DNA from: a virus
Length of the DNA stretch: 64,000 nucleotides
Virus record (IMG/VR): IMGVR_UViG_3300044634_002329
Span: 32,001-96,000 of that record
Reading direction: 5' to 3' (one strand)
Made by a program: the position numbers and the translations under genes. Below the pieces are notes generated by a model. That model was not told the DNA's origin, searched no databases, and saw nothing but the letters and a program-made list of their open reading frames with translations. Positions 29,755-39,084 of the stretch are shown here, piece by piece; position 1 is the stretch's first letter; the number at the start of each line of letters is the position of its first letter.

Positions 29755-31925
29755 TGAATAAAAAAGTTTTATCCAAAGCTGTATCTGAATTAGATAAAGC
29801 AAAAGCTCCGGCAAAACCAAAAGATATAATTACTGATCCAATGGGTCAATGGAAATTTCTTGGACAAGATACTAGAATCCCTGGTAATGGTAAAGGTGAT
29901 ACTCTTAAGATTACTATGAAGGGAGTACCAGTTCCAGTATTTGCACAACCAAATGTAGGACCCGGTGTTATGATGGAATCAGGTAAAGATTATGAGTTTC
30001 CAGATGCAGACTATGTAGATGAAAGTCCACAGATGAAAAAAGGTGGTGTACTTAGATTACCTAAAATGCCTAAGCCATCTAAAAAAGGTGTATTAAGTAA
30101 AGCTTATAGTAGAAGTTTAGATGCTACAAATAAATTATTTACTGAACATATTTTATCTAAAAAAACTAAATCTAAAAAAGGTAAAGTATTTGACCCTAAT
30201 GCTAATTATCAAGATGGTGGTTTTTCAACAAGATTAAGTGCTTCACCTGACATGGGTGCTGTAGTTAATCCATCTGTAAATTATAATAAAGGTAATTTTA
30301 ATATTAATGCTTCATCAACAGTACCTGTAGAAAATTTAAAAAATTATTCTAAAAATTTAAATGTTAATGCTACTTATAAAAAAAATTTAAAAAAATATGG
30401 TAATTTAGAATTATTAGGCAGTGGATCTTTTTCTGAAGAAAATGACCCTAATTATAATGTTGGTGTTAATTATAATAAACAATTTAAAAATGGTTTAGGA
30501 ATTAATATTAATGCAAACTCTCCATTAAAAAATATTAAAAATAATGCAAATGCAAATGTTGGTTTAACTTATAATTTTAAAGACGGTGGTTATATAGAAA
30601 CAGATCTTGCAGATGATGAAATAGAAGAACTTAGAAAAGGTGGTTATATTGTACAGGATATATCCGTACCATCAGTAGGTGGTTATAAACAAGGTGGTGC
30701 TTTACTTACTAAAAAAGTAACATGTAAAAAATGTGGTTGGAAATGGGATGCTGCAGATGGTGGTGATGATATTACTACTTGTCATAAATGTGGTGGTCAA
30801 GGATTAGTACATGCACAATTAGGACAAAATACAAAATCATATACTAATAAAGAAGGTAGTACAACAACAAAATTTACTAAACCTGATGGTACGACATATA
30901 TAAAAGTTAAAGGTGCTGATGGTAAAGAGTATAATAAAACTGTTAAGCCAATAAAACCAATGTCTCGTAAAGAGTTTATGCAGACTGATTATTATAATCA
31001 AGGTATTCAAAATCCTCAATTTAATATAACTCCTGCTGATAATACAAATGTTGTAAAACCTTTAATGCAAACTCCTGTAGCAAAACCTGTATTAGCTAAC
31101 AGAAATGAACAAAAAGCTTTAGCACAACATTTAGTCAATACAGGTGCTGCTAGTAGATATTTAGGAGATAACTATGATGATAGTAAAACATTAAATGAAG
31201 CTATGTTAGAAAAAGTTCAACAGAACCCTAACATTATGAATTCTATTAATAAACAAGAATATCAATATCTTATAGACAAAGAACAAAAAGCTTATGATAA
31301 AGCTAGTCCTTTAGAAAAAACTGCAAGTTTTATACATTCAACTATTACTGATCCTGTATTAGTAGGCTCTAATCTTATTGAAGGTAAAGCTCCTATGTTA
31401 TGGCAAGGAATGAATAGAAGAGATAATACTAATCCTGAAACACAATCTTTTTATAATCAAGCATCAGGTGCAAATGATAATATGTTAAATAATGTTGTAA
31501 ATACAATTAATCCAGGTAATACAGGAGCTAGTGCATATCAGCATAATAAAGAAGGTAATTATTTAGGTATGGTAGCTGATGTTGCTGAATTAGCAGCTAT
31601 GGGTGCAGGAGCTCTTAAAAGTGCAAAAAGTTTATCAAATGTGGGTTCTAAAATGGGAAAATTAGAAAATATTGGTAATAGAGTAAATGATATTGTTGAT
31701 GTTTCTGAAAATGCTAGTAATGAACAATTAGGTGATGGTTTAATTGGATTAGTGCCAAAATTAAATAAAGTAACTACTCCTTTAAAAGGAGCTAATGCTG
31801 CATTTAATAAAGAACCTATTATGAAAAAAGGTGGGATGACTAATAATTATATAGAACTAGAATTAACTCCTAAAGAAATTAAATGGTATGAATCTCAAGG
31901 ATATATTGTAAAAGACATAGTCTAA
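29754..31925 (+). CDS. modular cargo-like protein (beta-barrel-like module, Zn finger, xxGG-delimited modules)
   Basis: Modules separated by MKKGG, YQDGG, FKDGG, YKQGG, HAQLG, MKKGG; CKKC...CHKC. Confidence 0.6.
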   Translation: MNKKVLSKAVSELDKAKAPAKPKDIITDPMGQWKFLGQDTRIPGNGKGDTLKITMKGVPVPVFAQPNVGPGVMMESGKDYEFPDADYVDESPQMKKGGVLRLPKMPKPSKKGVLSKAYSRSLDATNKLFTEHILSKKTKSKKGKVFDPNANYQDGGFSTRLSASPDMGAVVNPSVNYNKGNFNINASSTVPVENLKNYSKNLNVNATYKKNLKKYGNLELLGSGSFSEENDPNYNVGVNYNKQFKNGLGININANSPLKNIKNNANANVGLTYNFKDGGYIETDLADDEIEELRKGGYIVQDISVPSVGGYKQGGALLTKKVTCKKCGWKWDAADGGDDITTCHKCGGQGLVHAQLGQNTKSYTNKEGSTTTKFTKPDGTTYIKVKGADGKEYNKTVKPIKPMSRKEFMQTDYYNQGIQNPQFNITPADNTNVVKPLMQTPVAKPVLANRNEQKALAQHLVNTGAASRYLGDNYDDSKTLNEAMLEKVQQNPNIMNSINKQEYQYLIDKEQKAYDKASPLEKTASFIHSTITDPVLVGSNLIEGKAPMLWQGMNRRDNTNPETQSFYNQASGANDNMLNNVVNTINPGNTGASAYQHNKEGNYLGMVADVAELAAMGAGALKSAKSLSNVGSKMGKLENIGNRVNDIVDVSENASNEQLGDGLIGLVPKLNKVTTPLKGANAAFNKEPIMKKGGMTNNYIELELTPKEIKWYESQGYIVKDIV

Positions 31926-31966
31926 ACATTTAAAGTTTAATGAATAAACTAAAATTTATTATATTT
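31923..31966 (+). promoter_or_regulatory. TAAAC-N7-GTTTA palindrome plus putative promoter motif
   Basis: Same architecture as 36166-36209. Confidence 0.5.
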
Positions 31967-31984
31967 ATTATATAACAAGTAGTC

Positions 31985-33931
31985 ATGGAAAAAAGACGTG
32001 TAAGAATATATAAAGCTGGAGGAGAACAAGGAGCTTATGTAAATAGTATGGCTCAGTTTTTAAAAAGAGCACAAGAAGGAGGTATGCCAGATGTTAATGA
32101 AATGGGATATCAAGATAGTCAAGAACAAGCCGCAGTATCTGAACAAGACTTATCCAAACAAATTGCTATGGATATAAATAATGAAGTTCCAAAAGAAACT
32201 ATCATTATGAAACTTGTAAATATACAAGGTTTAGATCCTATGCAAGCTACTCAATATGTTGAACAAATGTATCAAAATATTGGAGAAGATAGTGAAGAAG
32301 AAATTGTAGATGAAGAACTTGTTGATGAGGAAGAAGTTAATCAAGAAGAAGAAGTTGTTGAAGAACCTCAAATGCAAGTACCAGAATTTGAACAAGAACC
32401 TGCTATGAGTTATAATGATTTATTAAGTCAAGAAATAGTAAATGAAGACAATCAGGAAGAAGATCTAGGTGGTTATGAAGAAGACTTATTAATGCAATAT
32501 GGTGGTTCAGCAATGTTGACTCAAGATTTTTCAGCTGAGCAAGCTTATAAAGAAGGAGGTGCTTATAAAAAAGATAAAAGATTATATATTAAAAGTGTAT
32601 TAGACTTAGTTAAAAAAGAACTTGGTGGTAATAATACTGTATCTGAAGAAAGCACTCCAGATCCTACAGGATCTAATGTAAGAAATAAAAACTTAAGTAC
32701 TTTTGTATCTACATTACAGAATAAAAGTACAATGGCTATTGCTAAAGAAAAAGCTGAACAAGAGTTTGAACAATTACAACAACAAATGTGGACTCCAGAA
32801 GCACAAGTTGGTGGATATGTTGATGCTGATAATCCTGGTTTATCTACATTTGTATATGGTGGTAATGATCAAATTACACAATCTGATATAGACTTTTCTA
32901 ATTCTAAAGATACTACTGATCCTAATTTTCCTAAAGCAGCCAAAGGAGGATGGCAAGATCTTATGAATAATTTATTTCCAGCAAGTATTCAAAGAAATAT
33001 GCAAAGTATTCAAAGTGGTTATGCATATGATCCTATGACAGGTCAACGTTATAAAAATTTTATACCTAATGCAAATACTCCAGTTACAAGTATGCGTGTA
33101 GATAAAAGTGGTATATTTGGTAAACCTAAAAAATATACAGTTACATATGGTAATACTAATAATCAAATGATTAATAGTACAGCTAAAGATCATATTGGAG
33201 CACCAACTCAAACTAATCAACCTACAGTAACTAATCCCATTGTTCCTAACACAACTAAAATGAGTGATAGTGAAAAAATGGCAATGATGAATAAAAAATC
33301 TAAAGGAGGAATTAATATACAAAAATATCAAACTAAAGGTGAAGTTAAAACTCCAGTGTCATATAATACAGATCCTGCTATGAAAGGTTTAGTTGATGTA
33401 GGGTTAGAAGACCAAGGTAAACCAATTGAAGGTTTAGATTCTAGTCCTTTTCAAATGGGTTGGGAATTTGGTCAACAAACTCCAACAGTACCGGTACAAG
33501 CACCTAAAGAAAATGAAATTGATGAAAAACAAACTGCTGGTTATATGGAAAAAACTCCTGGAGGAAGTATGTCAATTGATTTTGATAATAGAAATACTAG
33601 AGCAACTAACCAAGCATACTTAAATGTAGCTAATGCAGGTATAAGAGGTGTAATGGGGATGATTGACAGAAAAAGAAATAAAAAAGATGAAGCTAAAATG
33701 TATGATGAATTAAATTCAGATGGAATTTTTGCTTCTACAGAATCGATAAACAAAGGAAATGATGAAACAAACTCAGGAATTTTTAGACCTAATGAAGCAG
33801 GTAGTAAATGGACTAGTAGTTCTAAATCAAAATATGGAGGTTCTTCAAATGAATATAATGAAGGAGATGAAGTAGAAATGTCAGAAGAAGAATTAGCAGA
33901 CTTTATTGCTGCAGGAGGAGAAATATATTAA
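31985..33931 (+). CDS. acidic/disordered cargo (internal virion) protein
   Basis: 648 aa, no Cys seen, many xxGG motifs. Confidence 0.55.
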   Translation: MEKRRVRIYKAGGEQGAYVNSMAQFLKRAQEGGMPDVNEMGYQDSQEQAAVSEQDLSKQIAMDINNEVPKETIIMKLVNIQGLDPMQATQYVEQMYQNIGEDSEEEIVDEELVDEEEVNQEEEVVEEPQMQVPEFEQEPAMSYNDLLSQEIVNEDNQEEDLGGYEEDLLMQYGGSAMLTQDFSAEQAYKEGGAYKKDKRLYIKSVLDLVKKELGGNNTVSEESTPDPTGSNVRNKNLSTFVSTLQNKSTMAIAKEKAEQEFEQLQQQMWTPEAQVGGYVDADNPGLSTFVYGGNDQITQSDIDFSNSKDTTDPNFPKAAKGGWQDLMNNLFPASIQRNMQSIQSGYAYDPMTGQRYKNFIPNANTPVTSMRVDKSGIFGKPKKYTVTYGNTNNQMINSTAKDHIGAPTQTNQPTVTNPIVPNTTKMSDSEKMAMMNKKSKGGINIQKYQTKGEVKTPVSYNTDPAMKGLVDVGLEDQGKPIEGLDSSPFQMGWEFGQQTPTVPVQAPKENEIDEKQTAGYMEKTPGGSMSIDFDNRNTRATNQAYLNVANAGIRGVMGMIDRKRNKKDEAKMYDELNSDGIFASTESINKGNDETNSGIFRPNEAGSKWTSSSKSKYGGSSNEYNEGDEVEMSEEELADFIAAGGEIY

Positions 33932-33942
33932 TAACTTATATT

Positions 33943-36168
33943 ATGAAAGTTAGAATTAAAAAATTACCACAAGCAAGAACAGGATACCAAGTACGTGGAT
34001 CATTAGTAAATGATGTACCTGCATTTGGTGGAGCTGACTATAATGCATATATTGGACAACCAGATAGTAGAGTTAGTAAAACTATATCTAGAGTTAAAAG
34101 AGAAGATGCTAACTTAGAAGCTGAAGGTGGAGAAACTGTTGTAGGTAATTTAGATGGTAGTATGATGCCATCATTTAAAACTATTAAAGGTCCAAGACAT
34201 AGTGCAGGTGGTGTACCTTTAGATCTTCCTGATGATAGTTTTATTTTTAGTGATACAGCATCTATGAAGATTAATGATCCTCATTTACTTAAAATGTTTA
34301 ATAAGCCTACAAAAAAAGGTGGGTATACTCCTGCTGAATTATCTAAGCCTTATCAAATTAATGACTATAGAAAAATTCTTCAAGATCCAGAATCAGATTC
34401 AGTTTCTAAAAAAACTGCTGAGATGATGATTAAAAACTATACATTAAAGTTAGGAGCATTAGCATTAGCACAAGAAAGTCATAAAGGTTTTCCTCAAGGT
34501 ATCCCTCTTATTGCAAGACCGTATATGAAAGCAAATGGTATTGCAGAAGAAGTATTATTACCTAAACCACAAGAACAAGAAGCTATGGCTTCAATGCCAC
34601 AAGCTCCTCAACAAATGCCAGACCAAGAACAACCTATGGCTGCTTATGGTGGTAGTATGGGTGGATATGATATGCCATTTGCTAATGGTGGATCATTACA
34701 AGAATATCAAGATAAAGGTGAAGTAAAAGCTGAAACACCTAAGTTAACTCCTGAGCAAGAAAAAGAAGTTAAAGTAAAATGGAATGGTGATGTTGCTGGG
34801 TATTTAAAATATAAGCAAACAGAAAATGCTATTAAAAATAATCCTGAGTTTAGAAAAAAACTTTATGAACAATATAAAAAGACTATTGCTAATAAAGAAA
34901 ATTACACAGGTGGTAAAAAAGAAAACTGGGAAAGTGCATTAAAAGATAGAACAGAAGAAGAAGTAATTAATAATTTATTAGATCAAGAACAAAGAAACTT
35001 AAGACTTAAAGCTTTTGGTCTAGATGCTTCTAAAACTGAACAAGGTAAAGTTAAAGGTTCAAATACAAATGCATCAGCTAAAAAACTTATTGAAGAAAAT
35101 AAAGAAGGTTTAGGAGATCTTGATTTTACTAGAGGTTATATTGGACAAGCAGCATATATTGCATATGATGATTTGATTAATGGTGAAAAACCAAAAGGAT
35201 ATGATAGAACTCAAACTGGTAAAGATGATGAGTTAAAAGGTAGACCACGTATATCTGGTATTGATAATGATAATAATAATACTACATTAGGTGAATTTAT
35301 TAGTAGTGTTCCTAGTGTAGAATCTCCAGCTCCGTCAGTTCTTCCTGTTATTAAAAAACAAGAAGAAAAACAACCAGATCCTTATGTACAAGAAGATGTA
35401 AATTTAACACCAGATGTACCAAGAAATCCTCAATGGTGGTTACAAGATACTGTAAATACTATGGGAGCATTTGGTGATATGTATAGTAGAAAAAAAGCTA
35501 TGCCATTTGAACCAAGAGTAGATTTTGAAGAACCAAGACCAACATTTATTGATCCTACTAGAACTCTTGCTGCACAATCTGAACAAGCTAATATTGCTTC
35601 TCAAGCAGTAGGACAGTTTGCAGGAGCTCAAGGTGTCAATGCTAGACTAGCACAAATTCAAGGTCAAGGTGCTAAACAAGCAGCTGACACAATAAATAAC
35701 GTTAATCAACAAAATGTAGGTATTGCTAATCAATTTGAACAAGCTCAGTCTAATATAAGAAATCAGGAGAATCAAGCTAATGCTCAAATGGCTACAAGAG
35801 TTTTTGATAAAAATGTTATTGCTAATCAACAGTTTGATAATACTAGATTAGCTGATAGAGAAAAGTTAAGACAGTCATATAATAATGCATTAACTAATAG
35901 AGCTAAAACAGATGCTTTAAATCAAATGTACCCTAACTATCAAGTTGATCCTACAACTGGAGGATTGGTTAATTACACACCAACAGATAAAGAATTAAGT
36001 ACTACAGAAGATAAAGATATTATTGCTTTTGCAAATGAGATAACAGGATTCTCACCTGAAGTACAAAAAATATTGTTGAAGAATAAATTTGGTAAAAAAG
36101 GTGGTGAATTTGCAAAAGGTGGTGCATATGTAATGGGTAGTAATGTTTTCCCTTTTATGTTTACTTAA
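33943..36168 (+). CDS. cargo/ejection protein
   Basis: ANLEAEGGETV...GPRHSAGGV...FIFSD domain; Gln/Asn/Ala-rich coiled-coil C-terminus typical of ejection proteins. Confidence 0.6.
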   Translation: MKVRIKKLPQARTGYQVRGSLVNDVPAFGGADYNAYIGQPDSRVSKTISRVKREDANLEAEGGETVVGNLDGSMMPSFKTIKGPRHSAGGVPLDLPDDSFIFSDTASMKINDPHLLKMFNKPTKKGGYTPAELSKPYQINDYRKILQDPESDSVSKKTAEMMIKNYTLKLGALALAQESHKGFPQGIPLIARPYMKANGIAEEVLLPKPQEQEAMASMPQAPQQMPDQEQPMAAYGGSMGGYDMPFANGGSLQEYQDKGEVKAETPKLTPEQEKEVKVKWNGDVAGYLKYKQTENAIKNNPEFRKKLYEQYKKTIANKENYTGGKKENWESALKDRTEEEVINNLLDQEQRNLRLKAFGLDASKTEQGKVKGSNTNASAKKLIEENKEGLGDLDFTRGYIGQAAYIAYDDLINGEKPKGYDRTQTGKDDELKGRPRISGIDNDNNNTTLGEFISSVPSVESPAPSVLPVIKKQEEKQPDPYVQEDVNLTPDVPRNPQWWLQDTVNTMGAFGDMYSRKKAMPFEPRVDFEEPRPTFIDPTRTLAAQSEQANIASQAVGQFAGAQGVNARLAQIQGQGAKQAADTINNVNQQNVGIANQFEQAQSNIRNQENQANAQMATRVFDKNVIANQQFDNTRLADREKLRQSYNNALTNRAKTDALNQMYPNYQVDPTTGGLVNYTPTDKELSTTEDKDIIAFANEITGFSPEVQKILLKNKFGKKGGEFAKGGAYVMGSNVFPFMFT

Positions 36169-36209
36169 ACTTATGAAGTTTAGTAAACTTATAAAATTTT
36201 AATATATTT
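36166..36209 (+). promoter_or_regulatory. TAAAC-N7-GTTTA palindrome plus putative promoter motif
   Basis: TAAACTTATGAAGTTTA, then TAAACT, then TTTAATATATTT. Confidence 0.5.
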
Positions 36210-36231
36210 ACAGTATAGATAACAATAAATT

Positions 36232-39084
36232 ATGGCAACGTATTTACAAGGTGTCACAGACTACATTCCTCAGTATCAGCCTTTTCAGCCTGATTTAAAT
36301 TTCTATGGAAATGTATTGCAGACAAAGCAAACACAATATGATACCAATTGGAAATCTCTAAATAAAATGTATAGTCAGTATTATAATGCTGATTTAACAA
36401 GAGATGTCAATGTAGAAAAAAAAAATAATTACTTAAAACAAATTGAGTTTAATTTACAACGTGTATCACAATTAGATTTATCATTAGAACAAAATGTAGA
36501 TCAAGCAACTCAAGTTTTTAAACCATTTTATGAAGATAAAGGTTTAGTTAAAGATATGGCATGGACTAAAAACTTTAACAATAACTATAGCAAAGCTATG
36601 TCTTTTAAAGGAGCCTATGATGAAAAACTTAGAAATCAATATTGGGATACCGGAGTAAAAGAAATGGAGTATCTTAAAGATGAGTTTAAAAATGCATCTG
36701 ATGCTAAAGCTATGACATTTGGTAATGTAGAATATACACCTTATGTTAATGTAGTAGAAAAAGCACAAAAAATTGCTAAAGATGCAAACTTGTCTATTGA
36801 GTCTGTAGATTTTTCAAAAGATGGTAGATGGATTGTTAAGACTAAAAATGGAGAACAACTTACTGAACCATTAAGTAAACTATTTGAAGCTGAGTTAGGA
36901 AATGACCCAGCTGTACAATCTATATACAAAACTCAAGCATATGTAAACCGTAAGGATTATGCTTACTCTAATGCTGCACAATTTGGTGGAGATAAGGATG
37001 CTGCAGAAATGAAGTATCTTGAAAATAGTTTTAATTTACTTAAAGCTCAAACTCAACAAAGATATGTAGGTATTAAACAAAGATCTATTGCATACCAAGC
37101 ACAAATTGAAGATTTAGAAAATCAAATTAAAAATGGCAATGCATCACCACAAGTTAAAACTATGCTTGCTCAATATCAAATGAATAAAGATATTAATGAT
37201 AAAGCATTAGAAAGAGTTGAAACAGAACAAAAACAAATTAATGGTGGTCAATCTAGTACTGTTACAACAACTACTGGTTTTCAAAATCCTTATGGGGATA
37301 TTGAATCATTAAGATGGAAAGTAGATAATGGTATGGCTTCTAACTTAATGCAAAAAGATTTAGATGAAGCAGCTAATATCTTTGCTTATTCTAATTCTAA
37401 AGTTGATATTGATGCTAACCCTTATGCATTAAATGATCAAAAACATGCTCAAAATATGCAAGCTGTTGCTGCTAGAAATGCAGGTTTAGCTAGAGCTGCA
37501 CAAATCCGTAATCAAGGAGAAATGCAGAAAACAATTATGAAAGCTAGATTAGATGCAGGTACACATTATATAGATGAGCAAACAGGAGAGTTAAAACCAT
37601 TTGAAGCATTTGAAACAACATTTGTAGATCCTAATGATAAAGGTACAGCAACAGATAAAATGAACCTTAAGAACACTAGTACAATGATTGCTAAAATGCA
37701 AACAGATAATGTTGCTAAACCTTACTTACAAAATACTTTATCTTTAATTGAAAGACTAGTAGATCAAAAAGTAATGACTAAAGCAGATGCTGCAAACATT
37801 TTAGGACATAGTAAAAATCCTAAAATGGATTATAAAACTTTTTCAGAAAGATTAAATAGTAATCCTTATACATTTATACGTAGTACTATTGGAGCTCAAG
37901 ACTTAGCTAAGATTAGATATAAAATGGGTACATGGTTAGGTGCCAATGGTCAACTTTCTGGTTTAACTGGTGAAGAATTTGCTAATTATAAAAAATCAGC
38001 AGTAGCATTTGGTGATTATACTAAGTATCTTGAGGCAGATCAATCTTGGAGAAAATCTACTTCTAAAGAAGTTACTGCAGAATTAAAACATCAAGGTTTT
38101 AAAGCAGCATCACAATTGTATAATGAAAAAGGTGAATTAAGAAGTAAAAAAGAATTTAATAATGCAATTAGTCATTTAGGGTTAAGTGGTGATTATGATG
38201 AAATGGTATCTGCAGCAGGTGCAGTATATACATCTGGTAGAGTTAAAAAAGCTCCTCCAGGAATTGCTTCATTAGGAACAATGGAAGGAACCGGTAAATT
38301 TACTCCAGGTACAACAAGTATATATGTAAATCCTAAAGCTCATGGTACTAAAAGTTCTGCAATATTTGGTGAGGTAGTAAATGACTTAAACAAATTTGAT
38401 TGGGGAGCTACAGATAAAAACCGTGTTACATTTGATGGAATTAGTAAAACATCTTTTGATAAAAGAGCTGAAGAAGGATTTAGAAATGAAGAAGGTAAAG
38501 CTTTATTAAATGCAATCAGAGGTGAAATGAATAACCCTAAAACAAAAATGGGTAATTTTAAAATTGGGGTATCTCCAGTTGCTGCCGGTACATTAAATAA
38601 AGCTGCTATTATTATTCATCCAGATGCTGAATGGTTAAAAAGTAAAGTATTTACAACAAATTCTAAAGGTGAAAAAACCGGTACCGGAATGATTAGTGCT
38701 GCACAATATGATCTTATCATGAAAAATGGTATATCATATATTACAGATTCTAAAAGTATCAATGGTAATAGTTTATACAAAAGTGCATATCAATCACCAT
38801 TACAATCTTACGTAGATTATAAAGGTAGTTATACGTATGAAGACCCTGCAGATAATAGATATAAATACACTATTTCTAAAAGTACAGTAGGTTCAGGTGA
38901 TTATAAAACCACTATACAATATCCTTTATGGAATGCTGAACTAGGTAAAGAAACTATACATGTTATGTCTGAAAATGTTTCTACTCAAGGTAATAATTTA
39001 GAAATGAATAGGGATGATTATGCATTTTCTACTATTCCAGAAATAATGACATCAAATAAAGAAAGATATAATGGCAACTACTAA
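36232..39084 (+). CDS. ejection/internal virion protein
   Basis: 950 aa, no Cys seen, helical; first gene of the giant-protein block. Confidence 0.55.
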   Translation: MATYLQGVTDYIPQYQPFQPDLNFYGNVLQTKQTQYDTNWKSLNKMYSQYYNADLTRDVNVEKKNNYLKQIEFNLQRVSQLDLSLEQNVDQATQVFKPFYEDKGLVKDMAWTKNFNNNYSKAMSFKGAYDEKLRNQYWDTGVKEMEYLKDEFKNASDAKAMTFGNVEYTPYVNVVEKAQKIAKDANLSIESVDFSKDGRWIVKTKNGEQLTEPLSKLFEAELGNDPAVQSIYKTQAYVNRKDYAYSNAAQFGGDKDAAEMKYLENSFNLLKAQTQQRYVGIKQRSIAYQAQIEDLENQIKNGNASPQVKTMLAQYQMNKDINDKALERVETEQKQINGGQSSTVTTTTGFQNPYGDIESLRWKVDNGMASNLMQKDLDEAANIFAYSNSKVDIDANPYALNDQKHAQNMQAVAARNAGLARAAQIRNQGEMQKTIMKARLDAGTHYIDEQTGELKPFEAFETTFVDPNDKGTATDKMNLKNTSTMIAKMQTDNVAKPYLQNTLSLIERLVDQKVMTKADAANILGHSKNPKMDYKTFSERLNSNPYTFIRSTIGAQDLAKIRYKMGTWLGANGQLSGLTGEEFANYKKSAVAFGDYTKYLEADQSWRKSTSKEVTAELKHQGFKAASQLYNEKGELRSKKEFNNAISHLGLSGDYDEMVSAAGAVYTSGRVKKAPPGIASLGTMEGTGKFTPGTTSIYVNPKAHGTKSSAIFGEVVNDLNKFDWGATDKNRVTFDGISKTSFDKRAEEGFRNEEGKALLNAIRGEMNNPKTKMGNFKIGVSPVAAGTLNKAAIIIHPDAEWLKSKVFTTNSKGEKTGTGMISAAQYDLIMKNGISYITDSKSINGNSLYKSAYQSPLQSYVDYKGSYTYEDPADNRYKYTISKSTVGSGDYKTTIQYPLWNAELGKETIHVMSENVSTQGNNLEMNRDDYAFSTIPEIMTSNKERYNGNY

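Noticed and set aside
5778-34726. Alternate-frame + strand ORFs (5778, 11666, 17085, 32703, 34535)
   Set aside because: Nested out of frame within well-supported genes; typical frame-shadow composition
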